A DNA stretch of 64,000 nt, taken from assembly GCA_038087875.1 (NCBI GenBank), contig JAXLNO010000050.1, positions 124,001 through 188,000 on the forward strand, in the 5' to 3' direction. The position numbers and the translations under genes are program-made. This document shows positions 24,301 through 36,351 of this stretch, piece after piece. How positions within the stretch are numbered: position 1 is the stretch's first letter; each line of letters begins with the position of its first letter. The DNA comes from Malacoraja senta. Its lineage: Eukaryota. A model generated the notes under the pieces. That model was not told where the DNA came from and did no database searches. It saw only the letters and a list, made by a program, of their open reading frames with translations.

Positions 24301-24412
24301 ACCCGTGGGAACTCGGTTAAACTCTGGATCATAAACTTGTAGTCTCGTACGCAACCACGAGTCTTTCACTCGGGGTCACTCGTGGGTTAACTCGCACAGT
24401 GAGACAGACCTT
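24301..24412. mobile_element. Orphan right end of the same Harbinger family
   Basis: Near-identical to 16965-17076 and followed by TAA. Confidence 0.9.
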
Positions 24413-24690
24413 TAAGGATAAGGGGGAAATCCTTTAAGACCGTGATGAGAAAAAACGTTTTCACACAGAGAGTGGTGAATCTCTGGAACTCTGCCACAGA
24501 GGGTAGTTGAGGCCAGTTCATTGGCTATATTTAAGAGGGAGTTAGATGTGGCCCTTGTGGCTAAAGGGATCAGGGGTTATGGAGAGAAGGCAGGTACGGG
24601 ATACTGAGCTGGATGATCAGCCATGTTCATATTGAATGGCGGTGCAGGCTCGAAGGGCCGAATGGTCTGCACCTATTTTCTATGTATCTA
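24413..24690 (+). mobile_element. CR1 3' end fragment
   Basis: Matches the 3' end of the long CR1 (FTQRVVNLWN..., TTTTCTATGTATCTAT tail). Confidence 0.9.
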
Positions 24691-25781
24691 TCTATCCACC
24701 AATTATCTTTGGTCCTGGATATGAGGGGAGGGGAGGGGAGCAGGGAAGAGCGGGGGAGGGATGAGGTGATTGGAGATGGGGGGAGGATAGGAGAGGAGAG
24801 TAGTGGAGGGGAGAAGAGTGGAGGGGGGGAGGGGAGGAGAGGAGGGGAGAGGAGTGGAGAGAAGGGATGAGAGGAGAGGAGAAGGGAGGGGTGGACAGGA
24901 GGGGAGAGGAGCGGAGATGTGAGGAGAGGAGATGAGGGGAAGGGAGGGAGATGGAAGAGTAGGATATGATAGGTGATGGGATGAGAGGGAAGAAGAGGAG
25001 AGGAGTGGAGAGGAACGTAGGATAGAAGGGACAGGAGCGGTGAGTAGAGGGGAGAGGTGATGAGAGTAGACGAGGAGAGGAGAGGAGATAATCTCACCAC
25101 CATATTGCAATTATTTGCTGGATTTGAGTGGAGGGGAGAGATAGAGAGAGGGAGAGGGACCAAAGGAGGGTAGTTGGGAAGAAAAGAGATGTGAGGAGTA
25201 GATGAGGAAAAGGGGAGAGGTGAGGGCAGGAGAAAAGATGAGAGGGGAGAGGAGAGGAGAGGACATTCTCTCACCTCCACTATATTACAATTATCTTTGG
25301 TGCTGGATTTGAGGGGAGGGGTGAGAGAGAGGTGGGGAGGTGAGAAGAGAGAAGGGAAGAGGCGAGGAGTAGAGAGGAGGGGAAAGAAGAGGGGAGGGGA
25401 GAGAAGAGCGGAGGGGAGGGGAGGGGCGTGAGGAGAGGAGGAAAGCAGAAGAGAGACGAGGGGTAAAAGGAGAGGAGAGCGGGGAGAGGAGAGAATAGAG
25501 GTGAGGGGGAAAGGGGAGAGATGGAGGGAATTGGGAGATGGGGGGAGCAGAGAGGAGAGGAGGAGAGGGGGAGTGAGGAGGGGAGAGAGGAGAGGAGACA
25601 ATCTTTCACCTAGTCAATATTGCAATGATCTGGTGCTGGATTTGAGGGAAGAGAGAGGGAGAGGGAGGGGAGGAGACAATCTCTCACCTACACCATATTG
25701 CAGTGATCTTTGGTGCTGGATTTCAAGAGTGGGGAGAGAGAGGATGGGATTGGAGAGGGGAGGAGAGGAGTGGAGAGGGGA
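24688..25781 (-). repeat. Inverted copy of the satellite (5 cores), homologous to 1-905
   Basis: 25732 aligns to position 1 (CCACTCTTGAAATCC). The same core variants occur in the same order with homologous spacers. Confidence 0.92.
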
Positions 25782-25937
25782 TGTTATGTATTTGCGCTGG
25801 AAACGGCCTTAAATAAGACTCGGAACACACAGGTACTTCACATTCTTGTTGTATTGTGATCACCATCTTGAGTCTCTGCGCATGTGTACAATTACGCAAG
25901 TCATTCAAACATGTGAATCATATTCTCATACACAACA
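25782..25937 (-). repeat. Gypsy 3' LTR (156 bp) with adjacent PPT (25938-25950)
   Basis: TGTT...AACA termini, preceded on the minus strand by AAAGGGGGAGGAG. Confidence 0.85.
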
Positions 25938-28260
25938 CTCCTCCCCCTTTAACTTGGAGGCAGGTAACACAATTTCACCTTCACGGTATATGAACTTTTA
26001 CACAATTATAATTGAATAATACACTGTCCTCCAAGTCATATTATGAAAGTCATCTTACAATTAGATCATCATAACTGTAATAAACATGCATAAAGTAAAC
26101 TTGGCACATCCATTTTTTTCATAATATTCCACCAATCTTCCATAAACGTGGTATGGCAAACCAAATAAATGACACATTGCTTGATGTGTTTTCATTTATA
26201 AAGCACAAAATCCTCATATCTTTTAGGTGTTCTTATAGTTCTATTAGACCTGCATCTCTCTCTGTCTGTGTTGGACTTTGCATGTGACCTGAGATATCAG
26301 GCTCTGGTTGTGATGTTGTGTTATCACTATGGGCTAGAGGTTCGTCACTCTCTGAAGTTCTTTCAGAATCTACACCTTCAGTTGGAGTAGGCAGAACTAT
26401 CATTGGCTCCTCGCTTGGTTGAACCACTTCTCTTCGCTGGAAGTTGGTGTGCTCGTCACCTTTTGGCAAGTATGCTCTCATTTGATCTACATGATGACGC
26501 ACAACTCTTCCCTCCCTCAACTTTACGTTGTACATGACTTCACAGATGACTTCTGCTATCATTCCGTAAAGCCAAGTAGGACCTGATGTGAATTTCTTGA
26601 CCATGACATGATCATTCACCTCAAAGACTCATTCCTTGCTTCCTCGATCTGCTGCCTGTTTCATTGAAGCTTGCTTCCTTCGTACAGATTTGCCGAGATC
26701 GGGTTGCAGACTGTCTAGTTTAGTGCGGATCTTTCGTCAACATCAGTTCACTGGGTGACTTTCCAGTTGTTTCTTGAGGTGTGACTTTGTACGTCAACAA
26801 GGATTTCTGGAGCTTTAGTTCCAGGTTTGATCCTTTTCCTTTCTTCACACCTGCTTTCACCGTCTGTACACCTCTTTCGGCTAGTCCGTTGCTGGACGGG
26901 GGTTTGGATGATGTTTGAATGTGGCAGTTGTTGCTGCTGAGGAACCTGGCAAATTCTTCACACACAAACTGCGTACCGTTGTCTGTCACCACCGTTTCCA
27001 GTAACCCATGAGATGCAAACAACCGTCTCAGGGCAATCACTGTTGCTGCTGTTGCATGTCTCACCTGAATGGCTTCAATCCATTTGCTATGATCATCGAC
27101 CACAATCAGCAAATTCTCATCGTCGAGGCTGGCATAGTCACAGTGAATCCTACTCCACAGTCTCTCAGGAAACTCCCATGGATGGATCTGGGCTGCAACA
27201 GGACTATGTTGACTCTGCTGACGCTTGGACAATTTCTCACCTGTTGATCCAACTCTTTGTTGATTCCTGGCCACCAGACGTATGATCTTGCCAATGCCTT
27301 CATTTTCACGATGCCAGGGTGTGTGCTATGCAGTTCTTCAAGGATTCTAGTCCTCATCTCCAGATTATCTGGAATGACCACTCGTGGTCCCCACAGGATT
27401 ATGTCATCCTCCACTGACAGCTCTTCTTTCTTGCTGGCCAAGGGCTTTACTTCTTCTGGAAGATTCCTTGCACTTGGCCATCCTTCTATGATGTGGTTCT
27501 TCACCTTGGAAAGAACTCTGTCCTTCTTGGTGGCTCTCTTCACTTCCTGTGCATCAACAGGGCGTGTGTCCAGATCGGTGAGCAAGTTGATGCGTGTCTC
27601 TGGTGCTTCATCAAGCTCCGTGAGCTCAGGATGATTCCATGAAGAGTCTTCTTCGTGGATCGGCAAGCGCGACAACGCATCTGCATTCTGGTGTTTCTTG
27701 CCTTCTCGATGGACTATCTTGTAACTGTAGGCAGACAGGATCATATGGTATCTTGCTACGCGAGCAGAGGCCATTGGCCTGCCGGGCTTATGGTCTCCAT
27801 AGAGTCCCATCAGAGGCTGGTGATCAGTCACAATGGTGAAAGACCTCCCATGTAACTGCTTGTGGAACTTCTTCAGTCCGAAGTTATGGATAAACCCTCC
27901 TTTTCATATTGTGCGTCATTCACTTCGCTGGGCTTGAAAGTGCGTGAAGCAAAAGCTATCGGATGTGCTTGTCCATCTGAATCCACATGGCTTATCACAA
28001 CACCAAAGCCATAGGGGCTTGCATCAGTTTGGAGAAAGATTGTTTTGGCTGGATCGTAATGCGTCAGCACACTATCACTCTGAAGAAGACACTTGGATCT
28101 CTGGAATGCCTGCTCTTGTTCCTTTCCCCATGTGAACTTGGGATCAGGCTTGCTGCATCTCCTCCCACTCTTTGAATCTGCTGATCTGTACTCATCCTTC
28201 AGCATTAGAGTCAACGGTGCAATCTCCTGTGACAGGTTGGGTATAAACTTCCTGTAATAC

Positions 28261-28779
28261 CCCCTTTAACTTGGAGGCAGGTAACACAATTTCACCTTCA
28301 CGGTATATGAACTTTTACACAATTATAATTGAATAATACACTGTCCTCCAAGTCATATTATGAAAGTCATCTTACAATTAGATCATCATAACTGTAATAA
28401 ACATGCATAAAGTAAACTTGGCACGTGATTTTTTTCATAATATTCCACCCATCTTCCATAAACGTGGTGTGGCAAACCAAATAAATGACACATTGCTTGA
28501 TGTGTTTTCATTTATAAAGCACAAAATCCTCATATCTTTTAGGTGTTCTTATAGTTCTATTAGACCTGCATCTCTCTCTGTCTGTGTTGGACTTTGCATG
28601 TGACCTGAGATATCAGGCTCTGGTTGTGATGTTGTGTTATCACTATGGGCTAGAGGTTCGTCACTCTCTGAAGTTCTTTCAGAATCTACACCTTCAGTTG
28701 GAGTAGGCAGAACTATCATTGGCTCCTCGCTTGGTTGAACCACTTCTCTTCGCTGGAAGTTGGTGTGCTCGTCACCTTT
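28261..28779. repeat. Near-identical direct duplicate of 25944-26463 (Gypsy 3' region)
   Basis: Same sequence from CCCCTTTAACTTGGAGG to GCTCGTCACCTTT. ORFs 26233 and 28549 share a C-terminus. Confidence 0.95.
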
Positions 28780-31700
28780 TACATAGATACATAGAAAATA
28801 GGTGCAGGAGTAGGCCATTCGGCCCTTCGAGCCTGCACCGCCATTCAATACGATCATGGCTGATCATCCAACTCAGTATCCCGTACCTGCCTTCTCTCCA
28901 TACCCCCTGACCCCTTTAGCCACAAGGGCCACATCTAATTCCCTCTTAAATATAGCCAATGAACTGGCCTCAACTACCCTCTGTGGCAGAGAGTTCCAGA
29001 GATTCACCACTCTCTGTGTGAAAAAGTTTTTCCTCATCTCGGTCTTAAAGTATTTCCCCCTTATCCTTAAGCTGTGACCCCTTGTCCTGGACTTCCCCAA
29101 CATCGGGAACAATCTTCCTGCATCTAGCCTGTCCAACCCCATAAGAATTTTGTACGTTTCTATAAGATCCCCTCTCAATCTCCTAAATTCTAGCGAGTAT
29201 AAGCCAAGTCTATCCAGTCTTTCTTCATATGAAAGTCCTGACATCCCAGGAATCAGTCTGGTGAACCTTCTCTGCACTCCCTCTATGGCTATAATGTCCT
29301 TCCTCAGATTTGGAGACCAAAACTGTACGCAATACTCCAGGTGTGGTCTCACCAAGACCCTGTACAACTGCAGTAGAACCTCCCTGCTCCTATACTCAAA
29401 TCCTCTTGCTATGAAGGCCAACATACCATTCGCTTTCTTCACTGCCTGCTGCACCTGCATGCCTACTTTCAATGACTGGTGTACCATGACACCCAGGTCT
29501 CGCTGCATCTCCCCATTTCCTAATCGGCCACCATTTAGATAATAGTCTGCCTTCCCGTTTTTGCTACCAAAGTGGATAACCTCACATTTATCCACATTAT
29601 ACTGCATCTGCCAAACATTTGCCCACTCACCCAACCTATCCAAGTCACCTTGCAGTCTCCTAGCATCCTCCTCACAGCTAACACTGCCCCCCAGCTTAGT
29701 GTCATCCGCAAACTTGGAGATGTTGCTTTCAATTCCCTCGTCCAGATCATTAATATAAATTGTAAATAGCTGGGGTCCCAGCACTGAGCCTTGCGGTACC
29801 CCACTAGTCACTGGCTGCCATTGTGAAAAGGACCCGTTTACTCCTACTCTTTGCTTCCTGTTTGCCAGCCAGTTCTCTATCCACATCAATACTGAACCCC
29901 CAATACCGTGTGATTTAAGTTTGTATCCTAATCTCTTATGTGGTACCTTGTCGAAAGCCTTCTGAAAGTCCAGATACAACACATCCACTGGTTCTCCCCT
30001 ATCCACTCTACTAGTTACATCCTCGAAAAATTCTATAAGATTCGTCAGACACGATTTACCTTTCGTAAATCCATGCTGACTTTGTCCAATGATTTCACCA
30101 CTTTCCAAATGTGCTGCTATCCCATCTTTAATAACTGACTCTAGCAGTTTCCCCACTACCGATGTTAGACTAACTGGTCTGTAATTCCCCGTTTTCTCTC
30201 TCCCTCCCTTCTTAAAAAGTGGGGTTACGTTTGCTACCCTCCAATCCTCAGGAACTACTCCAGAATCTAAAGAGTTTTGAAAAATTATCACTAATGCATC
30301 CACTATTTCTGGAGCTACTTCCTTAAGTACTCTGGGATGCAGCCTATCTGGCCCTGGTGATTTATCGGCCTTTAATCCATTCAATTTACCCAACACCACT
30401 TCCCGACTAACCTGGATTTCACTCAGTTCCTCCATCTCCTTTGACCCGCGGCCCCCTGCTATTTCCGGCAGATTATTTATGTCTTCCTTAGTGAAGACGG
30501 AACCAAAGTAGTTATTCAATTGGTCTGCCATATCCTTGTTCCCCATGATCAATTCACCTGTTTCTGACTGCAAGGGACCTACATTTGATTTAACTAATCT
30601 CTTTCTCTTCACATATCTATAAAAACTTTTGCAGTCAGTTTTTATGTTCCCTGCCAGTTTCCTTTCATAATCTATTTTCCCTTTCCTAATTAAGCCCTTT
30701 GTCCTCCTCTGCTGGTCTCTGAATTTCTCCCAGTCCTCTGGTATGCTGCTTTTTCTGGCTAATTTGTACGCATCATCTTTTGCTTTGATACTATCCCTGA
30801 TTTCCCTTGTTATCCACGGATGCACTACCTTCCTTGATTTATTCTTTTGCCAAACTGGGATGAACAATTTTTGTAGTTCATCCATGCAGTCTTTAAATGC
30901 CTTCCATTGCATATCCACCGTCAACCCTTTTAGAACTAATTGCCAGTCAATCTTGGCCAATTCACGTCTCATACCCTCAAAGTTACCTTTCTTTAAGTTC
31001 AGAACCGTTGTTTCTGAATTAACAATGTCACTCTCCATCCTAATGAAGAACTCAACCATATTATGATCACTCTTGCCCAAGGGGGCACGCACAACAAGTC
31101 TGCTAACTAACCCTTCCTCATTACTCAATACCCAGTCTAGAATAGCCTGCTCTCTCGTTGGTTCCTCTACATGTTGGTTTAGATAACTATCCCTCATACA
31201 TTCCAAGAAATCCTCTTCCTCAGCACCCCTGCCAATTTGATTCACCCAATCTATATGTAGATTGAAGTCACCCATTATAACTGTTTTGCCTTTGTTGCAC
31301 GCATTTCTAATTTCCTGTTTGATGCCATCCCCAACTTCACTACTACTGCTAGGTGGCCTGTACACAACACCCACCAGCGTTTTCTGCCCCTTAGTGTTTC
31401 GCAGCTCTACCCATACCGATTCCACGTCCTCCAAGCTAATGTCCTTCCTTTCCACTGCGTTAATCTCCTCTCTAACCAGCAACGCTACCCCACCTCCTTT
31501 TCCTTTCTCTCTATCCCGCCTGAATATTGAATATCCCTGGATGTTCAGCTCCCAGCCTTGGTCACCTTGGAGCCATGTCTCCGTGATCCCAACTATATCA
31601 TAATCATTAATTGCTATCTGCACGTTCAACTCATCCACCTTATTACGAATGCTCCTTGCATTGAGACACAAAGCCTTCAGGCTTGTTTTTACAACGCTCT

Positions 31701-32178
31701 TACCCCTTATACAATTATGTTGAAAAGTGGCTCTTTTTACACCCCTCTGTTTCTCTGCTCACCCATTTAAGAACCCCACCACCTCTTATTCTCTGTTTAT
31801 TATTGTTTTCTTCTTTACCCCCTACATGTTGGGTCTGAGTGCTTTCCTTCTCTGCCTCCTGCCTCACACACTGTCTAATAGCATTCTCTATTTGAGTCCC
31901 TCCCCCCAACCATTCTAGTTTAAAGTCTCCCCAGTAGCCTTTGCAGATCTCCCCGCCAGGATATCGGTCCCCCTCAGGTTCAAGTGCAACCCATCCTTTT
32001 TGTACAGGTCGAACCTTCCACAAAAGAGGTCCCAATGATCCAGAAATTTGAATCCCTGCCTTCTGCACCAGTCCTTCAGCCACGCATTTATCCTCCACCT
32101 CGCTCCATTCCTACTCTCACTGTCGCGTGGTACAGGCAGTAATCCCGAGATTGTTACCTTTGCTGTCCTCTTTAACTT
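28780..32178 (-). mobile_element. CR1 LINE, 5'-truncated within ORF1
   Basis: ORF1 esterase-like end (VTISGLLPVPR...DGLHLN...GETLN*), ORF2, 3' UTR and TATGTATC tail. Confidence 0.95.
28873..31671 (-). CDS. CR1 ORF2: APE endonuclease plus reverse transcriptase, uninterrupted 932 codons
   Basis: NARS, ITETW, MGDFN and SDH (APE); [27 protein letters not shown] and FADD (RT). Confidence 0.97.
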   Translation of the reverse strand: MCLNARSIRNKVDELNVQIAINDYDIVGITETWLQGDQGWELNIQGYSIFRRDREKGKGGGVALLVREEINAVERKDISLEDVESVWVELRNTKGQKTLVGVVYRPPSSSSEVGDGIKQEIRNACNKGKTVIMGDFNLHIDWVNQIGRGAEEEDFLECMRDSYLNQHVEEPTREQAILDWVLSNEEGLVSRLVVRAPLGKSDHNMVEFFIRMESDIVNSETTVLNLKKGNFEGMRRELAKIDWQLVLKGLTVDMQWKAFKDCMDELQKLFIPVWQKNKSRKVVHPWITREIRDSIKAKDDAYKLARKSSIPEDWEKFRDQQRRTKGLIRKGKIDYERKLAGNIKTDCKSFYRYVKRKRLVKSNVGPLQSETGELIMGNKDMADQLNNYFGSVFTKEDINNLPEIAGGRGSKEMEELSEIQVSREVVLGKLNGLKADKSPGPDRLHPRVLKEVAPEIVDALVIIFQNSLDSGVVPEDWRVANVTPLFKKGGREKTGNYRPVSLTSVVGKLLESVIKDGIAAHLESGEIIGQSQHGFTKGKSCLTNLIEFFEDVTSRVDRGEPVDVLYLDFQKAFDKVPHKRLGYKLKSHGIGGSVLMWIENWLANRKQRVGVNGSFSQWQPVTSGVPQGSVLGPQLFTIYINDLDEGIESNISKFADDTKLGGSVSCEEDARRLQGDLDRLGEWANVWQMQYNVDKCEVIHFGSKNGKADYYLNGGRLGNGEMQRDLGVMVHQSLKVGMQVQQAVKKANGMLAFIARGFEYRSREVLLQLYRVLVRPHLEYCVQFWSPNLRKDIIAIEGVQRRFTRLIPGMSGLSYEERLDRLGLYSLEFRRLRGDLIETYKILMGLDRLDAGRLFPMLGKSRTRGHSLRIRGKYFKTEMRKNFFTQRVVNLWNSLPQRVVEASSLAIFKRELDVALVAKGVRGYGEKAGTGY

Positions 32179-32961
32179 GCACATGGGAATATCCACTAGC
32201 AGGCTCTCCATTGTTCTCTGGAACATGGCTGGTGTGCTGGATATCCCAAAGTGTAACCTGGTATACTCGAAGAGACCTTTGTGGGTATTGATTGTGGTGA
32301 AATTCCGAGCTTCAGGGTTAACTCTATCTGATGATAGGCATGGGAGAGGTCTAATTTAGAGAACTTTGCTCCTCATTGGAAGTGGATACTGTTCCACTTT
32401 CAGCACCTTATTTGCTGTGAGCTTGTAATTACCACAGACTCTCATGCTCCCATCCGGTTTCGTAACAGCTATGATCGGCCATGCGAAATCTGCTGTCTTC
32501 ACCCACTTGATAATGCCATCCTGCAACAAGTCATCCAAAGCGGCATCAATCTGCTTTCTAGCAGCATATGAAACAGGGGCTGCCTTGTAAAATTTTGCCC
32601 CACTGTTTTCGTCTTGTGGATACACTTTGGCTTGGTATCCCTTCTGTACTCCATGGGTGCCGTTATCAAACAGCTTGGCGTGCTTGTTGAGTATTGAGCT
32701 CATGGCATCTTGCAAACTGTGTTTACTACTCGGTGGACTTAGGCTTGAATCCGTCATGTTCTGGCTGGCCATATTTGACAGTAATCCAGGGTACTTCCTC
32801 AACCAGTCTCTCCCCATTAGGCTTGCACATTTCTTTACTACCACTAGGGTCAGCGTTTCTGGCTTCTTGTGAGGTTCGAGCTGTACCTGTACCTCTGCTT
32901 GTCCGTAAATGTCTATCTTCTCACCTGTGTAGGATTTCAGCTTGAGGCTGCAGGATCTAGT

Positions 32962-34797
32962 CTCAGATTCAGATTCAGATTCAACTTTATTGTCATTGTG
33001 CAGTGTACAGTACAGAGACAACGAAATGCATTTAGCATCTCCCTAGAAGAGCGACATAAATATGAGCAATAAATAAATCTAATAAATCCTGGTGGTAGGA
33101 GTGTCCGGGGGGGGGGGGGGGGGGTGATTGGCAGTCACTGAGGTACTGTGTTGAGTAGTGTAACAGCCGCAGGGAAGAAGCTGTTCCTGGACCTGCTGGT
33201 CCGGCAACGGAGAGACCTGTAGCGCCTCCCGGATGGTAGGAGGGTAAACAGTCTGTGGTTGGAGTGAGAGCAGTCCTTGGCGATGCTGAGTGCCCTTCGC
33301 AGACAACGCTTGCTTTGGACAGACTCAATGGAGGGGAGTGAGGAACCGGTGATGAGTTGGGCAATTTTCACCACCCTCAGCAGTGCTTTCCGGTCGGAGA
33401 CAGAGCAGTTGCCATACCATACTGTGATGCAGTTGGTAAGGATGCTCTCGATGGTGCAGCGGTAGAAGTTCACCAGAATCTGAGGAGACAGATGGACCTT
33501 CTTTAGTCTCCTCAGGAAGAAGAGACGCTGGTGAGCCTTCTTGAGGTATTGTGGGTTCAAGAGAGGTCATCGGAGATGTTGACCCCCAGGAACCTGAAGC
33601 TGGAAACACGTTCCATCTCCGTCCCGTTAATGTGGATGGGGGTGTGCTGCCGCCCCTAGACTTCCTGAAGTCTACAATGAGCTCCTTGGTCTTCTTGGAG
33701 TTAAGGGCCAGGTTGTTGTCAGCGCACCATGCTGCTATGAGCTGGACCACCTCCCTATAGGCCGACTCATCGTTGTTGCTGATGAGGCCAATCACCGTTG
33801 TATCATCTGCATACTTGATGATGGTGTTAGTACCATGTACAGGTGTGCTGTCCTAGGTGAAGAGGGAGTAGAGGAGGGGGCTCAGCACACAGCCCTGTGG
33901 AACGCCGGTGTTCAGGGTGAGGGTTGAAGAGGTGTTCTTGTCTAACCTAACAGACTGGGGTCTGTTGGTTAGAAAGTCCAGTATCCAGTTGCAGAGGGAG
34001 GGGTCGATGCCCAGGTCACCGAGTTTGGTGATCAGTTTAGAGGGTATGATGGTGTTGAATGCTGAGCTGTAATCGATGAACAGCATTCTTATGTAAGTGT
34101 CTCTGTTGTCGAGGTGGGAGAGGGCGGAGTGAAGTGCCGTTGAGATGGCATCCTCCGTACTCCTGTTCTTGCGGTTCGCAAACTGATAGGGATCCAATGT
34201 GGGGGGTAGGCAGCCTTTGAGGTGTGCCAGGACCAGCCTCTCGAAGCACTTGGCGATGATGGGAGTAAGTGCAACTGGGCGGAAGTCGTTGAGGCTTGCC
34301 GCAGTGGAGTGTTTTGGCACCGGCATGATGGAGGTGGATTTAAGGCACGTGGGCACAACTGCTTGGGCAAGTGACAGGTTGAAGATATCAGTCCAGACAT
34401 CTGTCAGCTGCGCAGCACATGCCCTGAGGACGCGCCCGGGGATGCCGTCAGGGCCAGCAGCCTTACGTGCATTAGTCCTACTCAGTGCGACGTACACGTC
34501 GTAGGGGGTGAGTGTGAGGGGCTGGTGATCGGCAGGGAGCACCGGCTTGATGGCCATCTCTAGATTGTTCCTATCGAAGCGGCTATAGAAGTGGTTGAGC
34601 TCCTCAAGGAAGGAGGCGTTGCTGGATGTGGGGGTGGTGTTGGTGGGTCTAACGTCCGTGATGGCCTGGATGCCTTGCCACATGCGTCGGGGGTCGGAGG
34701 TGTTGTTGAAGTGCTCCTCAATCCTGAGCTTATGGCAGTGCTTGGCCTTCTTGATGCCCCTCTTCAGATTAGCCCTGGATGAACCGTAGGCTCGGGG
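32962..34797 (-). mobile_element. Rex1/Babar LINE, 5'-truncated and disrupted
   Basis: [37 protein letters not shown] and FYRCTIESILT, followed by AATAAA and a (TGAATC)n tail. Confidence 0.92.
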
Positions 34798-35094
34798 TCC
34801 TGTGGGGTCCTGACCGAGTTTTCTGAAGACTTTTTCTGGTACGATAGTCCATGGACCTCCAGTGTCAACTTCTAGTTGTACCTCCCTGCCGTTCACTATC
34901 ACAGTTGCTGTATACGGGTCAGAGTTTGTTAAATTGTTGATCGATTCATCTTCCAAGTGGCTCAGCGGGGCTTCCTAGTGGTTTGCCTTTTCTCTAATTG
35001 TCTCCTCTGTTGGTAAGCTCTAACAGCATCACACTCGCTTTTGGTGTGACCCATTCCCGAGCACCTGAAGCACCTACCATCTCTAAATTTACAC

Positions 35095-36100
35095 GTCGCT
35101 GGCTCACGGCTGCCGCCACATCTCCAGCACTTCTTGGAGAATTGAACCTTGACTCTGGATGCCCTTGGTGGACTCTTTGTCTTCTTTAGTCCAGCCCATA
35201 TGGCCCCATATAGCGTGATTTACCGCCGGTACTTTAAGTAGCACACAGTTAGCCGGGGTGTCATATTTCTTGGCTGTTTCATCCATAGTCAGCTCTTGCA
35301 GCTGATGTGAAGCCAGATAGTTTATGGTTGCAGCCAATTCATCACCCAGCGGCTCTCCTGACTCTTGGGATGGCAAATCTTGCTGCCAGGAATGGTACTT
35401 CTGGCTCGTGCCCTACATCCCTTGGAGTATGCTCCACAGCTATACCCACAGACTCGGCGTCAGAATCAAACTGACCCGTTAAGCTCTCCTCCTCCAAGAG
35501 GGAGCGATTAAGGCGCTCTATTTCAGGCGCTGCTGGCGCGGGCTCTCCCGTAGGCTAGCCCAGACACAACTCCTCCTGCCGGAGTATCTTGACGGAGCAT
35601 CCTCTCCATTAGGAGCTCCATTTTGGACAACCGTGCAAAAACGTTATCCATTCCTGGAGGGGAACCCTCCTGGCCCGACTCATCCGAGTCTGTGGGCCGT
35701 GCAGATTTTCTAGCGGCCTTGCGCCCCAATGGCGCGGCCACGGTGCTCTGAGGCACCAAGTCTGCAGTCGCTGGTCGACCCGCTAGCGACTGATTAGGTG
35801 AACTAGGCGGCTGCCCGCTACCCGCACTCCCGCGGTCTTCCATAGCTTTCCCAGCGGCTCGCCTCGACTTCATCCTAGACGCTTTCTCCATAGTTGAAGA
35901 CTTGATCCTGAAACAAGAATTATTCCAACACAGAAAGCGACCTCCGACTAAGTTTTACACTTACCTGAGGTTTTTAAACTTACCGCTAGAGGAGCGATGC
36001 ACCTCCCAGCCGGTCGCTGCGCCATGCGTCAGATGTAATGACGCGCATGCAGACTGGCGGGACTGCTTCACGGAATCACTCACATGACTCCGAAGTAAAA
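35095..36100 (-). mobile_element. DIRS-type element, 5' portion only
   Basis: Its 5' end TTTTACTTCGGAGTCATGTGAGTGATTCCGTGAAG matches the DIRS at 39387. Gag-like KYDTPANCVLLKVPAVNHAIW. Confidence 0.8.
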
Positions 36101-36351
36101 TAGCACATAACAATGTTATTTCACTTATTTGTGAACAACTGTTGATGAACCAGAACCAAACACAGTCAGTCAATGAGAAAAAATATGTACAACTCCAGAA
36201 TCAACAAATGTATCCCCTGGGTAGGTGAAATTTAGCCCCTGGGGCAAATTTACCCCAGGTTGGGAACCCTTGGACTAGAGGGTGTACTGCACTCTACTTC
36301 CTGAAGTTGACGACCAGTTTCATTTTGCTGACATGGAGGGAGAGGTTGTGT

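Larger units (their letters stand above)
25782..35040 (-). mobile_element. Ty3/Gypsy LTR retrotransposon, decayed, with nested CR1 and Rex1
   Basis: Protease LEVDTGG (~34800-34950), RT N-half (32180-32955), RNase H LQTDASPYG (27873-28214), integrase HPGIVKMKALARSYVWWP, TDNGTQF and NGLAERGVQT (26720-27500), plus PPT and 3' LTR. Confidence 0.92.

Noticed and set aside
31915..32226. ORF fusing Gypsy RT to the CR1 ORF1 esterase
   Set aside because: It is an insertion-junction artefact, and both parts are truncated.
33853..34956. 367-aa ORF joining an aspartic-protease motif to a LINE RT
   Set aside because: It is a chance in-frame junction of a Rex1 insertion within the Gypsy protease, and it stops before the RT catalytic motif.
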